From Takakia lepidozioides (taxonomy: Eukaryota > Plantae > Bryophyta), in assembly GCA_030704615.1 (NCBI GenBank), contig CM060732.1, positions 75,206,001-75,270,000 of the forward strand: 64,000 bases of DNA, written 5' to 3'. Below the pieces are notes generated by a model, which saw nothing but the letters and a program-made list of their open reading frames with translations, was not told the origin of the DNA and made no database searches. The translations under genes were made by a program, and so were the position numbers. How positions within the stretch are numbered: position 1 is the stretch's first letter; each line of letters begins with the position of its first letter. Below, piece by piece: positions 49,663-61,488 of the stretch.

Positions 49663-52290
49663 CGGGACGCGTCCTCTACCTCTAAGCCCACTGGACTTAA
49701 GGTTGCAGTTACGGAGGACAATTGGGAGCCTGACATTGGACCCATTGTCACTGGAGGAGAGAGACAACGTATACGGTGGTTCCTGAGGGCTTACAGGAAT
49801 TGCTTTGCCTTCAGTTTGAAGGACTTGGGAACACTGAAGGGTCAAGAGATCCGTATTGAGTTGGCCACTGACACGCCAATCTTTCGGAGACCCTATAGAT
49901 ACAGTGACATGGAGAGGTCTTTGATTCAGATGAGGACTCAAGATCTCTGGGAGGCAGGTTTGGTGGAGCTCTCTAGTGGAGAGTATGCTTCAGCCACAGT
50001 GATGCCAGCTAAGAAGGATGTCTATGGCAATTGGACGGAGAGACGTATGTGCGGTGATTACCGGCCTGTAAATCGTCAGACCAAGTCCGATAGGTATGCC
50101 ATGCCGACACCAGAGGAGATCTTTGATGCCATTGGGCATTCCAAGGTCTTTAGCACGTTGGATTTACGATCCGGATATCACCAGTTGCCGATCAAGGAGG
50201 CGGATAAGCAAAAGACGGCATTCTGGGGGATCAATGAGCACGGGAAGGATTGCCTATACCAGTGGCGGTTCTTACCATTTGGGCTTAAAAACGCTCCCGC
50301 TGAGTTTCAAAGAGTCATGGACAGGATTCTAGCAGGGGTGGAGTTTGCTCGGTGCTACATAGATGACATCATCATCTTTAGTGCTACGGTGGAGGAGCAT
50401 GAGAGACACCTTCAGGGGGTATTTGAGTGCTTGAGGGCGCACGGATTGAAGTTACATCCGGGAAAGTGCAAGTTTTTCCACAACCAGATTGAGTATTTGG
50501 GACACATGATATATCCTGGAGGATTGGGGGTACAGCAGACTAAGGTAGGGTCCATTGCACAGGTTCCACGCCCCACGGATGTGAGCCGAGTTCGAGCTTT
50601 CATGAGGTTAGCAAACTATTACAGACGGTTTGTTAAGGGATTTAGTGCCATTGCAAACGCTCTAACCAAGCTGACCAAGGTGGACCAGGAGTGGCAGTGG
50701 GAAGATGAGCAAGAACAAGCTTTTCAAGAGCTCAAGGTGAGGTTGACCTCGGCGCCCATCTTGAGACGACCTATCAGGGGGCGTCCTTTTCAGCTGCATA
50801 CAGATTGGAGCATGCTGGGGCTTGGAGCGGTGCTCACACAGGTGGATGATGAGGGAAGAGAGTTCGTAGTGGCTTATGCTAGCCGCTCGAACAATGCTGC
50901 AGAGTCTAAGTATAGCTCATATGAGGGAGAATGCTTAGCTGCAGTGTGGGCCGTGGCACACTTCAGGTGCTATCTATACGGCAATCTCTTCACCCTTGTC
51001 ATGGATCACCAACCACTCAAGTGGTTGATGGAGTCAGACAAGCTTACGGGGAAGCTTGCACGGTGGGCACTCATCCTTCAAGAGTGTGACTTTCAGGTGG
51101 TGCATCGACCGGGTTTGGTCAATCGCAATGCAGATGGGTTGAGTCGCAATCCATGCACGAGCCAACAGGATGACACTGGAGCTCGGTGGCATGGTGAGAC
51201 GGACGAGGAGATGGTGCCCGGATGGCATGCATCTGCATTTCTGTGTATCTTGGCAGCGGAAGGCCAGGTTGGACCTGCAACAGGGATGACTATAGATCAA
51301 TTGTCTGAGGACCCTGAGGCCAGCGATGAGCAAAGTGGCGCCAAAGATATACATGAGGATTCAGTTGTGTTGGACTACCTCCGCACTGGAGACACGGCAG
51401 CCACTGTGACTGCCAAGGAGAGGGATCGGATCCTACAACGAGCCAAGAGGTTCAAGTGGGAGGGGACACACCTGCTCCGAGTGTGGGAGGATGGTCGAGT
51501 AAGGATTGTGCCTCACCCAATACAGCGGGCACGGTTAGTGCGCCATGCCCATGAGGAGTTGGGGCATTTTGGGAAGCGACGCACTCATAGTCTACTGCAG
51601 GGGCAGTATTGGTGGCGTGGTATGCACACAGAGGTGCAACAATTTGTGGCTAGGTGCATGGTGTGTGACAGGGTGCGTGCTTCATTCAACGCCCCTACTC
51701 CACAATTGCACCCTCTTCCGATCATGGGATTGGGCTACAGGTGGAGTCTTGACTTCGCAGGGCCGTTGCCACTGACCATGCGCCACAACAAGTACGTGTT
51801 GGTGATGGTGGAGCACTTCTCCAAGTGGATTGAATTGGTTCCATTGCCTGATAAGGCTAGTGAGGGAGCTGCGTATGCATTCTTGGATTGTGTGCTTAGC
51901 CAATTCGGTGCTCCAGCTGAGGTACTCACGGACCAAGGGAGAGAGTTCTTGGGGGAGTTTCAGGCTTTGTGTGACAAGGCCTTGATAGACCACCGCACCA
52001 CTTCTCGGGATCATCCTGAGGCCGATGGCTTGGCAGAGAGAGTTGTTCAGACAGTAAAGAGGGGTTTGCGCAAGTATGGCTTGCAGAAGGGACACCTAGG
52101 AGATTGGGACCTTCAGTTACCCTGGTTAGCCATGGGCTACAGGTTCAGCAAGCAAGCATCACTTGCCTCCTTCTCACCATACTTTCTTCTCTTTGGCCGA
52201 GAGCCGGATTTGCCTACATCCATTCGCAGAGAAGCTGCTACAATTCTTAACCTTGACGATCCGGACGTGTGGGCACGTGCATGTGAGTAG
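49657..52290 (+). CDS. RT - RNase H - integrase, uninterrupted frame
   Basis: RMCGDYRPVN, LDLRSGYHQ, LPFGLKNAPAEFQ, YIDD, FQLHTDWS, HEELGH..CMVC, SLDFAGP, TDQG and LAER. The frame is open from 49657, upstream of the annotated TTG start. The TAG at 52288 is CAG in copy 1. Confidence 0.95.
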   Translation, partial: QPRDASSTSKPTGLKVAVTEDNWEPDIGPIVTGGERQRIRWFLRAYRNCFAFSLKDLGTLKGQEIRIELATDTPIFRRPYRYSDMERSLIQMRTQDLWEAGLVELSSGEYASATVMPAKKDVYGNWTERRMCGDYRPVNRQTKSDRYAMPTPEEIFDAIGHSKVFSTLDLRSGYHQLPIKEADKQKTAFWGINEHGKDCLYQWRFLPFGLKNAPAEFQRVMDRILAGVEFARCYIDDIIIFSATVEEHERHLQGVFECLRAHGLKLHPGKCKFFHNQIEYLGHMIYPGGLGVQQTKVGSIAQVPRPTDVSRVRAFMRLANYYRRFVKGFSAIANALTKLTKVDQEWQWEDEQEQAFQELKVRLTSAPILRRPIRGRPFQLHTDWSMLGLGAVLTQVDDEGREFVVAYASRSNNAAESKYSSYEGECLAAVWAVAHFRCYLYGNLFTLVMDHQPLKWLMESDKLTGKLARWALILQECDFQVVHRPGLVNRNADGLSRNPCTSQQDDTGARWHGETDEEMVPGWHASAFLCILAAEGQVGPATGMTIDQLSEDPEASDEQSGAKDIHEDSVVLDYLRTGDTAATVTAKERDRILQRAKRFKWEGTHLLRVWEDGRVRIVPHPIQRARLVRHAHEELGHFGKRRTHSLLQGQYWWRGMHTEVQQFVARCMVCDRVRASFNAPTPQLHPLPIMGLGYRWSLDFAGPLPLTMRHNKYVLVMVEHFSKWIELVPLPDKASEGAAYAFLDCVLSQFGAPAEVLTDQGREFLGEFQALCDKALIDHRTTSRDHPEADGLAERVVQTVKRGLRKYGLQKGHLGDWDLQLPWLAMGYRFSKQASLASFSPYFLLFGREPDLPTSIRREAATILNLDDPDVWARACE

Positions 52291-52790
52291 CGTGCAGAGT
52301 TGTTCAAGAGAGTCATGCCCTGGCTTTCGAGAACCTTGCCATTGCACAACACCGTGATACGTTGAGGTATGCTACCATACGTGGTGGGGGCTATCGTCCT
52401 GGGGTTCGGAGATTCAACCCTGGTGACTATGTCTATCTGCAGCAGACTGCTCCTACGACCCTGGATGTGACTGCAGGACGTGTTATTTTGAGGGTTCGAG
52501 AGGTCTTGCCCTCATGCGTCTTGGTCTTGGAGGGTCGGGATGGCATAACTTGGAAGGACCATGTGCGTAATTGTGCGCCATGTCACCTTCCGAATGTCGA
52601 TGGCAGGATTGACCCAAACCTGGCAGTGGTATCTGCAGGTTTGAGGTGCATGTTGTGTGGGTCTGCTAAAGGGGCAGCCACCATGCTGGTGTGCGATCGA
52701 TGCTCTAGAGGTTGGCATATGGGATGCTTGACTCCACCTCTTGAGATGGTTCCAGATGGGGATTGGTTATGTCCACATTGCATTGGATAG
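52291..52790 (+). CDS. Integrase C-terminus with C4HC3 PHD finger (1-bp deletion near 52320)
   Basis: CMLCGSAKGAATMLVCDRCSRGWHMGCLTPPLEMVPDGDWLCPHC has all eight ligands. Confidence 0.92.
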
Positions 52791-53050
52791 TGGGAGTGGA
52801 TACAACCATGGAAGGCTAACAAGCAACGCAAGGCCCAGCTACTAGGAGACCTTGAACACACGAGATCCTGGCTCAAGTTCACAGATTGCAAGACGGCGAC
52901 TAACGATGGGGCTACTCTTGTACCCGGCCCCTTGGTCTATAGAGTTTGAGTACAATAGGGACAGTGATAGAGGACTTAGTACGGCTGTGGCTATTACATC
53001 TTGTAGCTATCTGGAGGTAGAGGGACCTATCCACCAGCTAGGGGGGCGAT

Positions 53051-53135
53051 TGTGACAGACTACTTTATTGTGCATATATGTGTGGTGTGGTTTGGACAGC
53101 GATGTAGTTGTGTAGCGATATGTATGCGCACGACA
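53051..53135 (+). repeat. 3' LTR of Gypsy copy 2 (85 bp)
   Basis: TGTGACAG...GCGCACGACA directly after the PPT. CACTA coding sequence resumes immediately afterwards. Confidence 0.72.
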
Positions 53136-56100
53136 GGATGTGCAAGCCATGGAGGATCTCTTAATGCATCATGTGGGCGCTGATGCATACCATGAAGAGG
53201 GAACCCGGCCAATCGATGATCCTGAAATGGCCCCCTCAAATGACATGGAGAGGGAGGGGAGAACTCCCTTGTACGAAGGGGCGAAAGTGAGTCGACTTTC
53301 AACAATCTTACTTTTGCTCAATCTTCAAATTTGATTTGACATAAGTAATGTTGGGATGTATGCCTTAATGCGAACTATTGCAGACTATATCCTTGCTCCA
53401 CACTTGAAACCCAAGATGCCACGGTCGCGGAAAGATGCGCGCGAAATCTTGGACTATGTGGGGATGGGCTATAAGATTTTTCATGCATGTCCATGTGATA
53501 AAACCCTATACTACGGAGAGAATTTGCATCTCACCAAGTGCCCAAAGTGCAAGAAACACCGATATCGAGATGATGTCCAAGGGAAAAAAGTACCACGCAA
53601 GGTATAAGCACCATTCCCCCTCGCATGGAGATTATTAGAGAGTAGTACTCATGCAAGATCTGATTGTGGTTTTGGAAGGAGTGAGTGAGGAGTGGAAGAA
53701 GCGACGTTTGGTTTTGACCATTCACACCCAAATGAGGGAGAGGCTGCATAAAGGGAAATACATAAGGTGTTGTATTATGTGTGCTAATGGGATGATTATA
53801 TGTGGGGGGCGTGGGGTATTTCATCCTAGAAAATGCATTACTTTCTGATCATCCCGCGATTGAGGGCACAGTACCGAAGCCCCAAATTGGCCAGACTCAT
53901 GAGATGACACGCCTCGCATCGGAGCCCCCCGAGAAAGGTGTGCGGGCCACACGATTCACAAACATGGAGGCATATTGAAGAGATGTGGCCTTTTCTCTTG
54001 GAGGACCCACGACATGTCCACCTCGGCTTCTCCTCGGATGGGGTCAACCCATTCTCTGTCTAGTCATGTAGTCATTCCACTTGGCCGGTGACCATGGTGA
54101 AATACAACATCCCTCCGTATCTTTCAATTAAAAAAGGTCATATCATGTTGGCTGCCATTGTGCCAGGTGAGTGTCCTCATTTCATGTTTATTATTGCCTT
54201 CGACTTTACATTAAACTTCTGATCTTTGACGCAATTCGGATGCAAGATTGATGAGTGACATAATCATGGAGTAAGACATGTAATTCATTTTGTAGTATAA
54301 TCTGCATATTGGTGGAGCATTGAAACAATGATGTGAATGTCTCAAAGGGAAAAAACAAGTGACAAACATGGACACGTACTTGCGACCTCTTGTTGATGAA
54401 CTTAAAGAGCTATGGAGGGGGGTCCCGGCATTGGATGCTTCGCTTGACCCTATGGCCGGACAATCTTTTCAGATGAGATGCATCTTGCTTTGGACAATGC
54501 ATGATTATCCAGGTATATTATGTTCCCCATGAACAACCCGCGTACATTCACTTGTCAATGCCGGATGAGGATGAGGATTGGGATTGATTGAAGTAGTGGC
54601 GACAGTCTTGTGCACCGTAGTGGGGTAGATGGCATTATGGGCCACACACATGACAACTTTTTATTTTTGCTAATGTGGCGGGATGTGTAGTACAGGACTA
54701 ACTGTTTGCTCAGGGCTAAGCACCAAGGGGTACCATGCATGCTTGCATTGTGGCGATGATCTTGATGCACATAGCTCCCGCCATCTTCACAAGATGGTGT
54801 ATCCCAACTACCGCAAATTTCTTCCTATGAGCCATCGATGGAGAAGAAGAGAGAAACACTTGTTTGATGGCAAAGATGAAGTACGTCCCCCCCCATGACA
54901 CCGTCCGGGCAGTTTTGGGAGGACCGACGGAAGGAGGCCCATGTGGGCACGGACGGTGAAGTGGACGTGCCCGGCATGAAACGACTTTTAATCTTCTACG
55001 AGTTGCCCATATTGGGCGGTACATATTTCACAAAAACACCGTCAATATCCCTATGCATGCATGTGATATTGCACATTTGGTATGCGTTGCATTGTCACTT
55101 TCACGTAAAAAAATTTGTGTAAGTCTTTGTAGGTGGGGATATATGTAGGACCTGAAGATTCGTCATCTTCTCCCATGCATATTGAGAAGAATGTCTACTC
55201 GTCCTTTTTTCAAGTTCTTCATGGCACGCCGGCAAAGAAGAGAGTGGCTGCAAAAGGAGATTCTCTCGGTGTTAGAAAGGAGCTTGAGGAGCAGGGTCGC
55301 ATGCGCCATCTATGGGCCGAACAAAATGGCGTGGACCCAAAGGGTGTTGTACGGTGGAAGTATAGGCGCGCACCTTGGCAATGGACAAAGGAGGAATACA
55401 AGAAAGTGATAGCCACCATAAGTGCTGTCCGAACACCAACTGGTTATGGGTCATCCTTCCGTACGAAGTTCAGCGAAGAAGACGGGGTCCATGGTTTGAA
55501 GTCTCATGACTACCACAATCTATTGCAAGACATCTTGCCCATTGCAGTACGTGGGACATTGACTCCCAAGTTTTGTGAGACAATCTATAGATTAGGAGGC
55601 TTGTTCCGGTGGATTTGCTCCAAAGAGTTGGAAGAAGCATATTTTCCACGCATGAAGAAGGAGGCGGTGGAGGTAATGTGTATGTTGGAGATGCACCTTC
55701 CTCCCTCCTTCTTTGACATCCAACTGCACTTGGTAGTGCACTTAGTGGAAGAGGCTTCGATTTCTCGGTGGATGTACTTCCTTGAGCGTTATATGAAGAC
55801 TTTGAAAGGATTTGTAAGACAAATGGCGCACCCGGAGGGTAGCATGGCGGAGGGGTATACGTTGCAAGAAGCTATGTTCTATTGCACGGAGTACATGGCA
55901 AGGGTGGATGAGGAATCCCCTCGGATGTGGAAGGAAGAGGAGGATGCATGAACCAAGGACATCGTTTTGCCCAAAAAATCGAAGATGGTAAAATTGCCGA
56001 CCTTGGTGATTGAGCAAGCGCATGACTTCATACCGAAGAACACCCTATCCATACATGAGTGGGATGCAAGATACAATAATCTTGTTCAGCAATGAGAGAA

Positions 56101-57103
56101 GGAGACGCTTGCATGGAGGCGGAACCATCCAAGGCCGGTTACTAGACGCCCACGACGAGGAGCGGGCCGCCGGAATGTTCCTTCACAAAATTTGCCCATG
56201 GAATTGCAGCCTCTAAGTTCATTCCAACAGTGGCTTCAGACTTCAGTTTATAACGCCGTTGCTGAAGGAGAGGTGGTTTCAAATTTGGTGCAAGACATTG
56301 CAAGGGGCCCCTCTCAATTCGCGACCTCATACACGGCGGTTTGGGTTCACGGTCGTCATTTCCGCATTCGTGCTCTTGACATGAAGCGCAAAACAACCTT
56401 TGATTATGGCTTGTGTGCCACATATTGGCAAGACTCTGTGTGGGGCAAGGGAGATACACGACCTGCTATGAGCAAACTTGAGTACATTGGAGAGCTTGAG
56501 AGCATACTCCAACTTCAGTATACAAGGTACCGGCCTCTTCTCTTCAAGGGAAGGTGGTTCCAGCCACATTTTGTGGGGCCCTCCGCAACACTAGTGCAAG
56601 ATGATTGTGGTTTCATGCGCATCAATGCAGATAGGTTCAACCCTACTCATCGTCCCTCCGATGAGCCTTTTTCACGGCCTTCAGACATGGAGCAAGTTTT
56701 CTTCTCCGATGACAAAACAAGAGGGGGGAATTGAAAGGTGGTTGTGCATGCTCAGCCAAGAAGAAGACGTATCTATCATGGTCTCGGATCTCCATGGGGT
56801 GAGGCAATTGCGGTGGATGGAGAGACTGGTCATAATGATGCTGATGATGGAGGTTGGGTAGAGGGGGTAGAAGAGGATGATGACGCCCCGAACAATGTAT
56901 CCTGGACCCTATATGATGAAGCTCTAGAAGATACGGATGTTGGAGAAGGAGACGAAGACACGGCCATTGACAACGAGGTGGAGGATGATTCGGAGGTGTC
57001 TTTTGAGAGCCGGGCCATTTATGACGATGACTTCGATGACGAAGAAGACTTGCAGCTTGATGAGAATGAAGAGGCTCCGGATGATGATGTTCAAGTTGAT
57101 TAG
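53136..57103 (+). pseudogene. CACTA TnpD/Tnp2-like transposase, multi-exon, several in-frame stops
   Basis: IFHACPCDKTLY..CPKC..RY, LGFSSDGVNPF, STWPV, YLRPLVDELKELW, WTMHDYP, STKGYHACLHC, MHIEKNV, GLKSHDYH, PPSFFDIQLHLVVHL, RWMYFLERYM, PEGSMAEGY and LFKGRWF..DEPF...QVFF. Stops at ~53332, ~53906, ~54061, ~55949 and ~56732. Confidence 0.92.
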
Positions 57104-57344
57104 ACACAAAATCAAAGCTATATAACAATTCTCGCACCGAACTGGACCCATCCCTTCGATTGATTGTACATGTACATGCATATTGTACTTTATTTCTATG
57201 ATTCATCAAATATGGCTGTGGCTAGTAGCCTTTCAAGAAAGAAGGCAGAGGCAATGAATATGTTGGAGCAACACATACAGATGTGGTATCAAGAGAATTA
57301 TCAAAATGAATATCACAATCTACAAGAAGGTCCACAACAACAAG

Positions 57345-58056
57345 CTAAACCATAAAGAAAAACAAACACCCTTCCCCCAGTACCATATGAAAAAAAAAAA
57401 AAACTAAGAACCCCCAAAGGCCCTAACCCTAAACCTAGAAAGCCCTGCCGTCGCCGCCTGCCACCCCACGCGTCGCCAACTGCGACGCGTTTTCTTGGGT
57501 TTATGAGGCCGGGGGTCGCAAACGGCGACGGCCGACCGTCACCAACTGCAACCGTTTTTTGAATGGATTTATGAGGCCGGGGTCGCAAACGGCGACGGCC
57601 AGCCGTCGCAAACTGTGACATGTTTTTTTTATTTTGTAAGAATAGGGCAGCCGGGCAGTTTGCGACGCCCAGCCGTCGCAGGGGCCTTTTGCCCTTCATG
57701 CTACCATGTGACGGCCGGGCGTCGCAAGAAAGGGCTGCAATGAAAGGGAAGACAAGAAATGGTTTTTTTTCCCGGCGTGCGACGACAGGCCGTCGCCAAA
57801 AAGGGCTGCCTTCTACCCTTCGCTGGGGGCGACACGTGGGCGTCGCACGGAAGGGCTACCATTTTCCCTTCATCACTCCGTGCGACGGCCAGGCGTCGCC
57901 GCCTGGCCCCGGCGCCAGGTTTCACTCCCGCGGGGTTTGTCTGCGACGGCTCGGCGTCGCAAACACGCTCCGCGGGGTTGACGTCGCACGCTCGGCGCCG
58001 CGCGGGGCGTGGGGGCGCAGCTGGCGTCGCAAACCCCCCCCCCATTTGCTGTAGTG
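57345..58056. repeat. CACTA right subterminal repeat region and TIR
   Basis: Many (T/G)GCGACG and CGTCGC(A/C) motifs in both orientations, a ~40-bp direct duplication at ~57500 and ~57569, ending in TAGTG. Confidence 0.88.
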
Positions 58057-59363
58057 TATGATGCCAATGCCCGACGACTATCTTTGTCACATGACTGAAA
58101 AAGCAGAAGTGTCCCAGCATCAGAGAGGAAATTATTGCAGAACCGGAACACCCAACTCCAGTAGTTGTCATCGAATTTATTCCAGCTTGGCGTCTTATCC
58201 TTCAGAAGAACTTCTGGCACAGCCTAGCCGTTCAGGATGTCGAGAATGACCATGTCAGCCGCATATATTTTCTGCACACCGCATACGAAGGTGGGACCGG
58301 TGCTCACCTGCAACATACATGTTCAATTTTAGAACGAAGAGAAGAATGTTTTCAAAGAAACAATGTTTAATACTGCAAATGACACTTACAGATGCAAAGG
58401 AAAGAAAATCAAATTCTCACCAGATTAAAGAAAGAGATCATGTTGTCCCAGGTAGGCGAAGGCACCCAAGTGTATCCTCTCAGCTTCCGACTCTGCATCA
58501 TCGCCAGCCATCCCTCATTGACAATCTTAATCTCCCCTGCCAAATCAGCACGGGAAGGGTGTGACCTGGCATCGAACACGCACTGAATTGTGCGGGTATA
58601 CCTTCCAACAGTGAAGTCCTTCTCCCTCTCCTTTTCCTTCTCCCTCTCCTTTTCTTTCTCCTTCCCCTTGTCCTTTTCCTTCTCCTTATCCTTGGACTTG
58701 TCTTTGTCCTTTGGCTTTGCTGGTGACCTGGCTATGACATCAGGAGCCTTGTCTTTTGGTTTGCGCCCCACCTTCTTGCCCTTTTGCGTTGTTTCCTGAG
58801 CATCAGGCTCCTTGGCAGCCAATATTGCTATGTTTCTTTGGTACTCCTCGTCATCCAGAGGTGCCAACATCTCAACATTATTGTTCAAATATTTCATGTG
58901 CTGCTCTTGAAAGGTCGTGTGCTCAGGTGGGTAGTCCAGGTACCAACCACAGTCTCTGAAGTGAGAAGGACTCCAGTCCTTCAATATCCCTGCAGTGTAC
59001 ATGGTTGGATCGTTTGCAGGGTCCGACCACATGTCAAGATAGTCTGGGATACCGCTGAGGTGATTTCCATCCATAAGCACATATTTCGTGTACCTGTGAA
59101 ACACGAGACAAAACCCAACCCACCAAAGCGTGAAGCGAGTAAGAAACAATCTCAAAGTTCCAGTGGCGACTATCAAATTGCAGAAAAAATTACGTTTCAT
59201 AGATATGCAAACCAGTATACTGCCAGTAGCACAGAATGAAAAAAACGATCAAGGAAATGAGTTGACAATTTTTAAACTACTTGCTTCCTTTTGTATTCTA
59301 CAGGGAAATATCCCTAACCTATTGGAAATCAGCCTATCAATGTAAAAGCACATTGCACTGAAA

Positions 59364-59614
59364 GTGAATGTCGGCAACGACATTCAGAAAACTCGAGCGA
59401 GGAACTTTGACTAAAAAATCAATGCACCATGCAAAACGTACAATAAATCTCAGAGGCTCACAACAGCTCTGGATGTGAATGTCGTCAACGACATTCACAA
59501 AATTCCATTCAAGAACACTACAAATACACCGAAGTTCCCTAATCCAGGTGAATGCAATCTCTAGCTTTGGAAGGACACAACCATAGAAGTGAATGTCGGC
59601 ACCGACATTCACTT
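59364..59614. repeat. Intronic palindrome cluster 1 (3 copies, ~111-114 bp apart)
   Basis: GTGAATGTCG-N4-CGACATTCAC at 59364, 59475 and 59589. Confidence 0.9.
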
Positions 59615-61488
59615 TGGATCTGTGATAACACTGCTAACAAAGCCTAACGATTTCTCACAAGAGGCAACACAGTTTCCAGCAGGACATTGCACCTGTACAC
59701 AACTCGCATCATGGCACACTCTTCCCCAACCTGACTATCAAAGTCGTTGGACCGGAAAATGTTACCATCATTTGAAAACTCTCGGAAAAAACAGTATCTC
59801 CAAGTGAGACCTCTCCACTTCCTTATGTATGCCTCCAATGTCATTTGAGGCAAGGAACAATAGAAATGTTCAAGTCCTTCAAAGTCTACTCGAACACAAG
59901 GATTGCGCGCTTCTCCAGCTGCAAAAGGTACATTTGTCAGATTTGCAAATAAGGTACTCATTACATTCATGAAGTCAACAAAGATGGAATTTCTTTGAAT
60001 ACACACCTGACTCCAAAATGTAGCCTTGTGAAGCCAGTTGTCAAACACAATGTCACTGATTCCCTCCACCTTTGTGCCAGGCTGTATAGTGCTCTTAGGG
60101 AACTGATTCAAGTCCTTCACTGTCTGATCAGAGTTCCAAATCTCCAGCCATCTTATTTTGGTTTGGGGGTCGACCATGGAGATGGCCAGCCGGTGTAATT
60201 TCTCCTACTACATCTCCGGGTGCACATGCTTGTCATAGTGAGATTTGATCTGCAGTATGAACTCCTCTCTAAGGCCAGGATCTACTATTCTAAGCTGCTT
60301 TGAGAAGGCGGATATCAAATTGGTTCTCCGGATTTCATACTCCTTTTTTATTGCTGCTTCCCCACCCTTTGATGTCCTATGTTCCTCTGTTGTGGTGCGG
60401 TAGTATTCGGATTTCGCCTTCTCAGCTGCCTCTGCCAGTTCTTGCTGCATTGATCAAAGTAGGGATGAGTACAAAATGAATTACAACATGTATTCCGAAA
60501 GACAAGTGAGTACAGGCTCGGCCTTACCGCATACATGTACTCCAGAAATGCCTCTCGAGTCAAAGAATACCAAGTGCCTGCAGCTCTTTCTGTTTCGCAC
60601 TTCTCGATTATATCGGGGTGGAGTACTATGCGAAAATCATCCAGCTTCATCAGACCAATTCTCTGAATTCGAAAGAGTGTGTGGACCAAACTTGTTGTCA
60701 CATGCGATTTCTCTGTCGATCTACAAAAAGAGTGGAAACAATGCATTGGTAAACATCGATTTTTGGTGGGATGAAAAAGACATTGAAGAGGCAATAGAGT
60801 CTCTAGGATGACTTACTTGTTCATGTCGTGCATAGCTGTAAGAAGCCTAGCGATGTCGTTTCCAGGATCCAGAACCATTGCCTCTACGACAACATGTTTG
60901 TCTTTGTCTTTTGAATGATGTTTCTGAATGTATCCCATCCATGCCAGCAATCGGTGGTTGCCGTCCCAGACGTAGAACATGTGGTTGCAGAATTGTTGGG
61001 TGTTTCTTCCCATCATGAGGCCCAACTCGAACTCCTCATTAACATCTTTCCAGCACTCATCCCACGTATCTGTGATCTCAGGAGACACCAATGTGCTTTT
61101 CCCATTTGTATCCGTCAGTGACACATAAAAAACTTGTGCACCAAGTCTGTATCCATGCACGAAATCAATTTCCAATTTTATAATGTCATGGGAAAGTGGA
61201 GGACGCACAACATACATAGATATCATCCGGCATAGTGGGATGTCAAGACGCCCTCCAGAGACGAGCATGTCCCTAATAACCTCCTGAGAGTTCACCTTTT
61301 GGAATGACATGAGTTCTTTCACCTTGTCAAGGTAGTGCACTTCAGGTACATCTGTTTCATCGCTGTTCTCCGAGCTCTTGGCAGACTCGTCCCCATCTCC
61401 AAAACCTTTTGCCTCTGTTCCTATATGCTTGGACTTCACAGTTTTCTGCACGATGCCATGCCAATCAGACACTGAGTTATGTGCAAAT

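Larger units (their letters stand above)
45454..53135 (+). mobile_element. Ty3/Gypsy LTR retrotransposon with DNMT and PHD, copy 2 (coding region complete, 5' LTR not found)
   Basis: Order Gag, 2 zinc knuckles, PR, DNMT, RT, RNaseH, INT, PHD, PPT (CTAGGGGGGCGAT, 53038-53050), TG...CA LTR. The RT-RH-INT order defines Ty3/Gypsy. The start coordinate is the gag ORF start; the true 5' end lies upstream. Confidence 0.96.
41387..58056 (+). mobile_element. CACTA (En/Spm) element with a nested Gypsy insertion
   Basis: Right end ...CCATTTGCTGTAGTG (58052-58056 = revcomp CACTA). Left end degenerate (CACTTAGGGG at 41387). ~41620-41755 is an imperfect inverted copy of ~57345-57480. GCGACG/CGTCGC subterminal repeats at both ends and a TnpD-like transposase inside. 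No matching 3-bp TSD (AAG vs TAT), so the left boundary is uncertain. Confidence 0.8.

Noticed and set aside
52288-52290. Second readthrough stop within integrase
   Set aside because: Copy 1 has CAG here and the context (TAG CGT GCA) is not CARYYA, so it is a simple C>T mutation.
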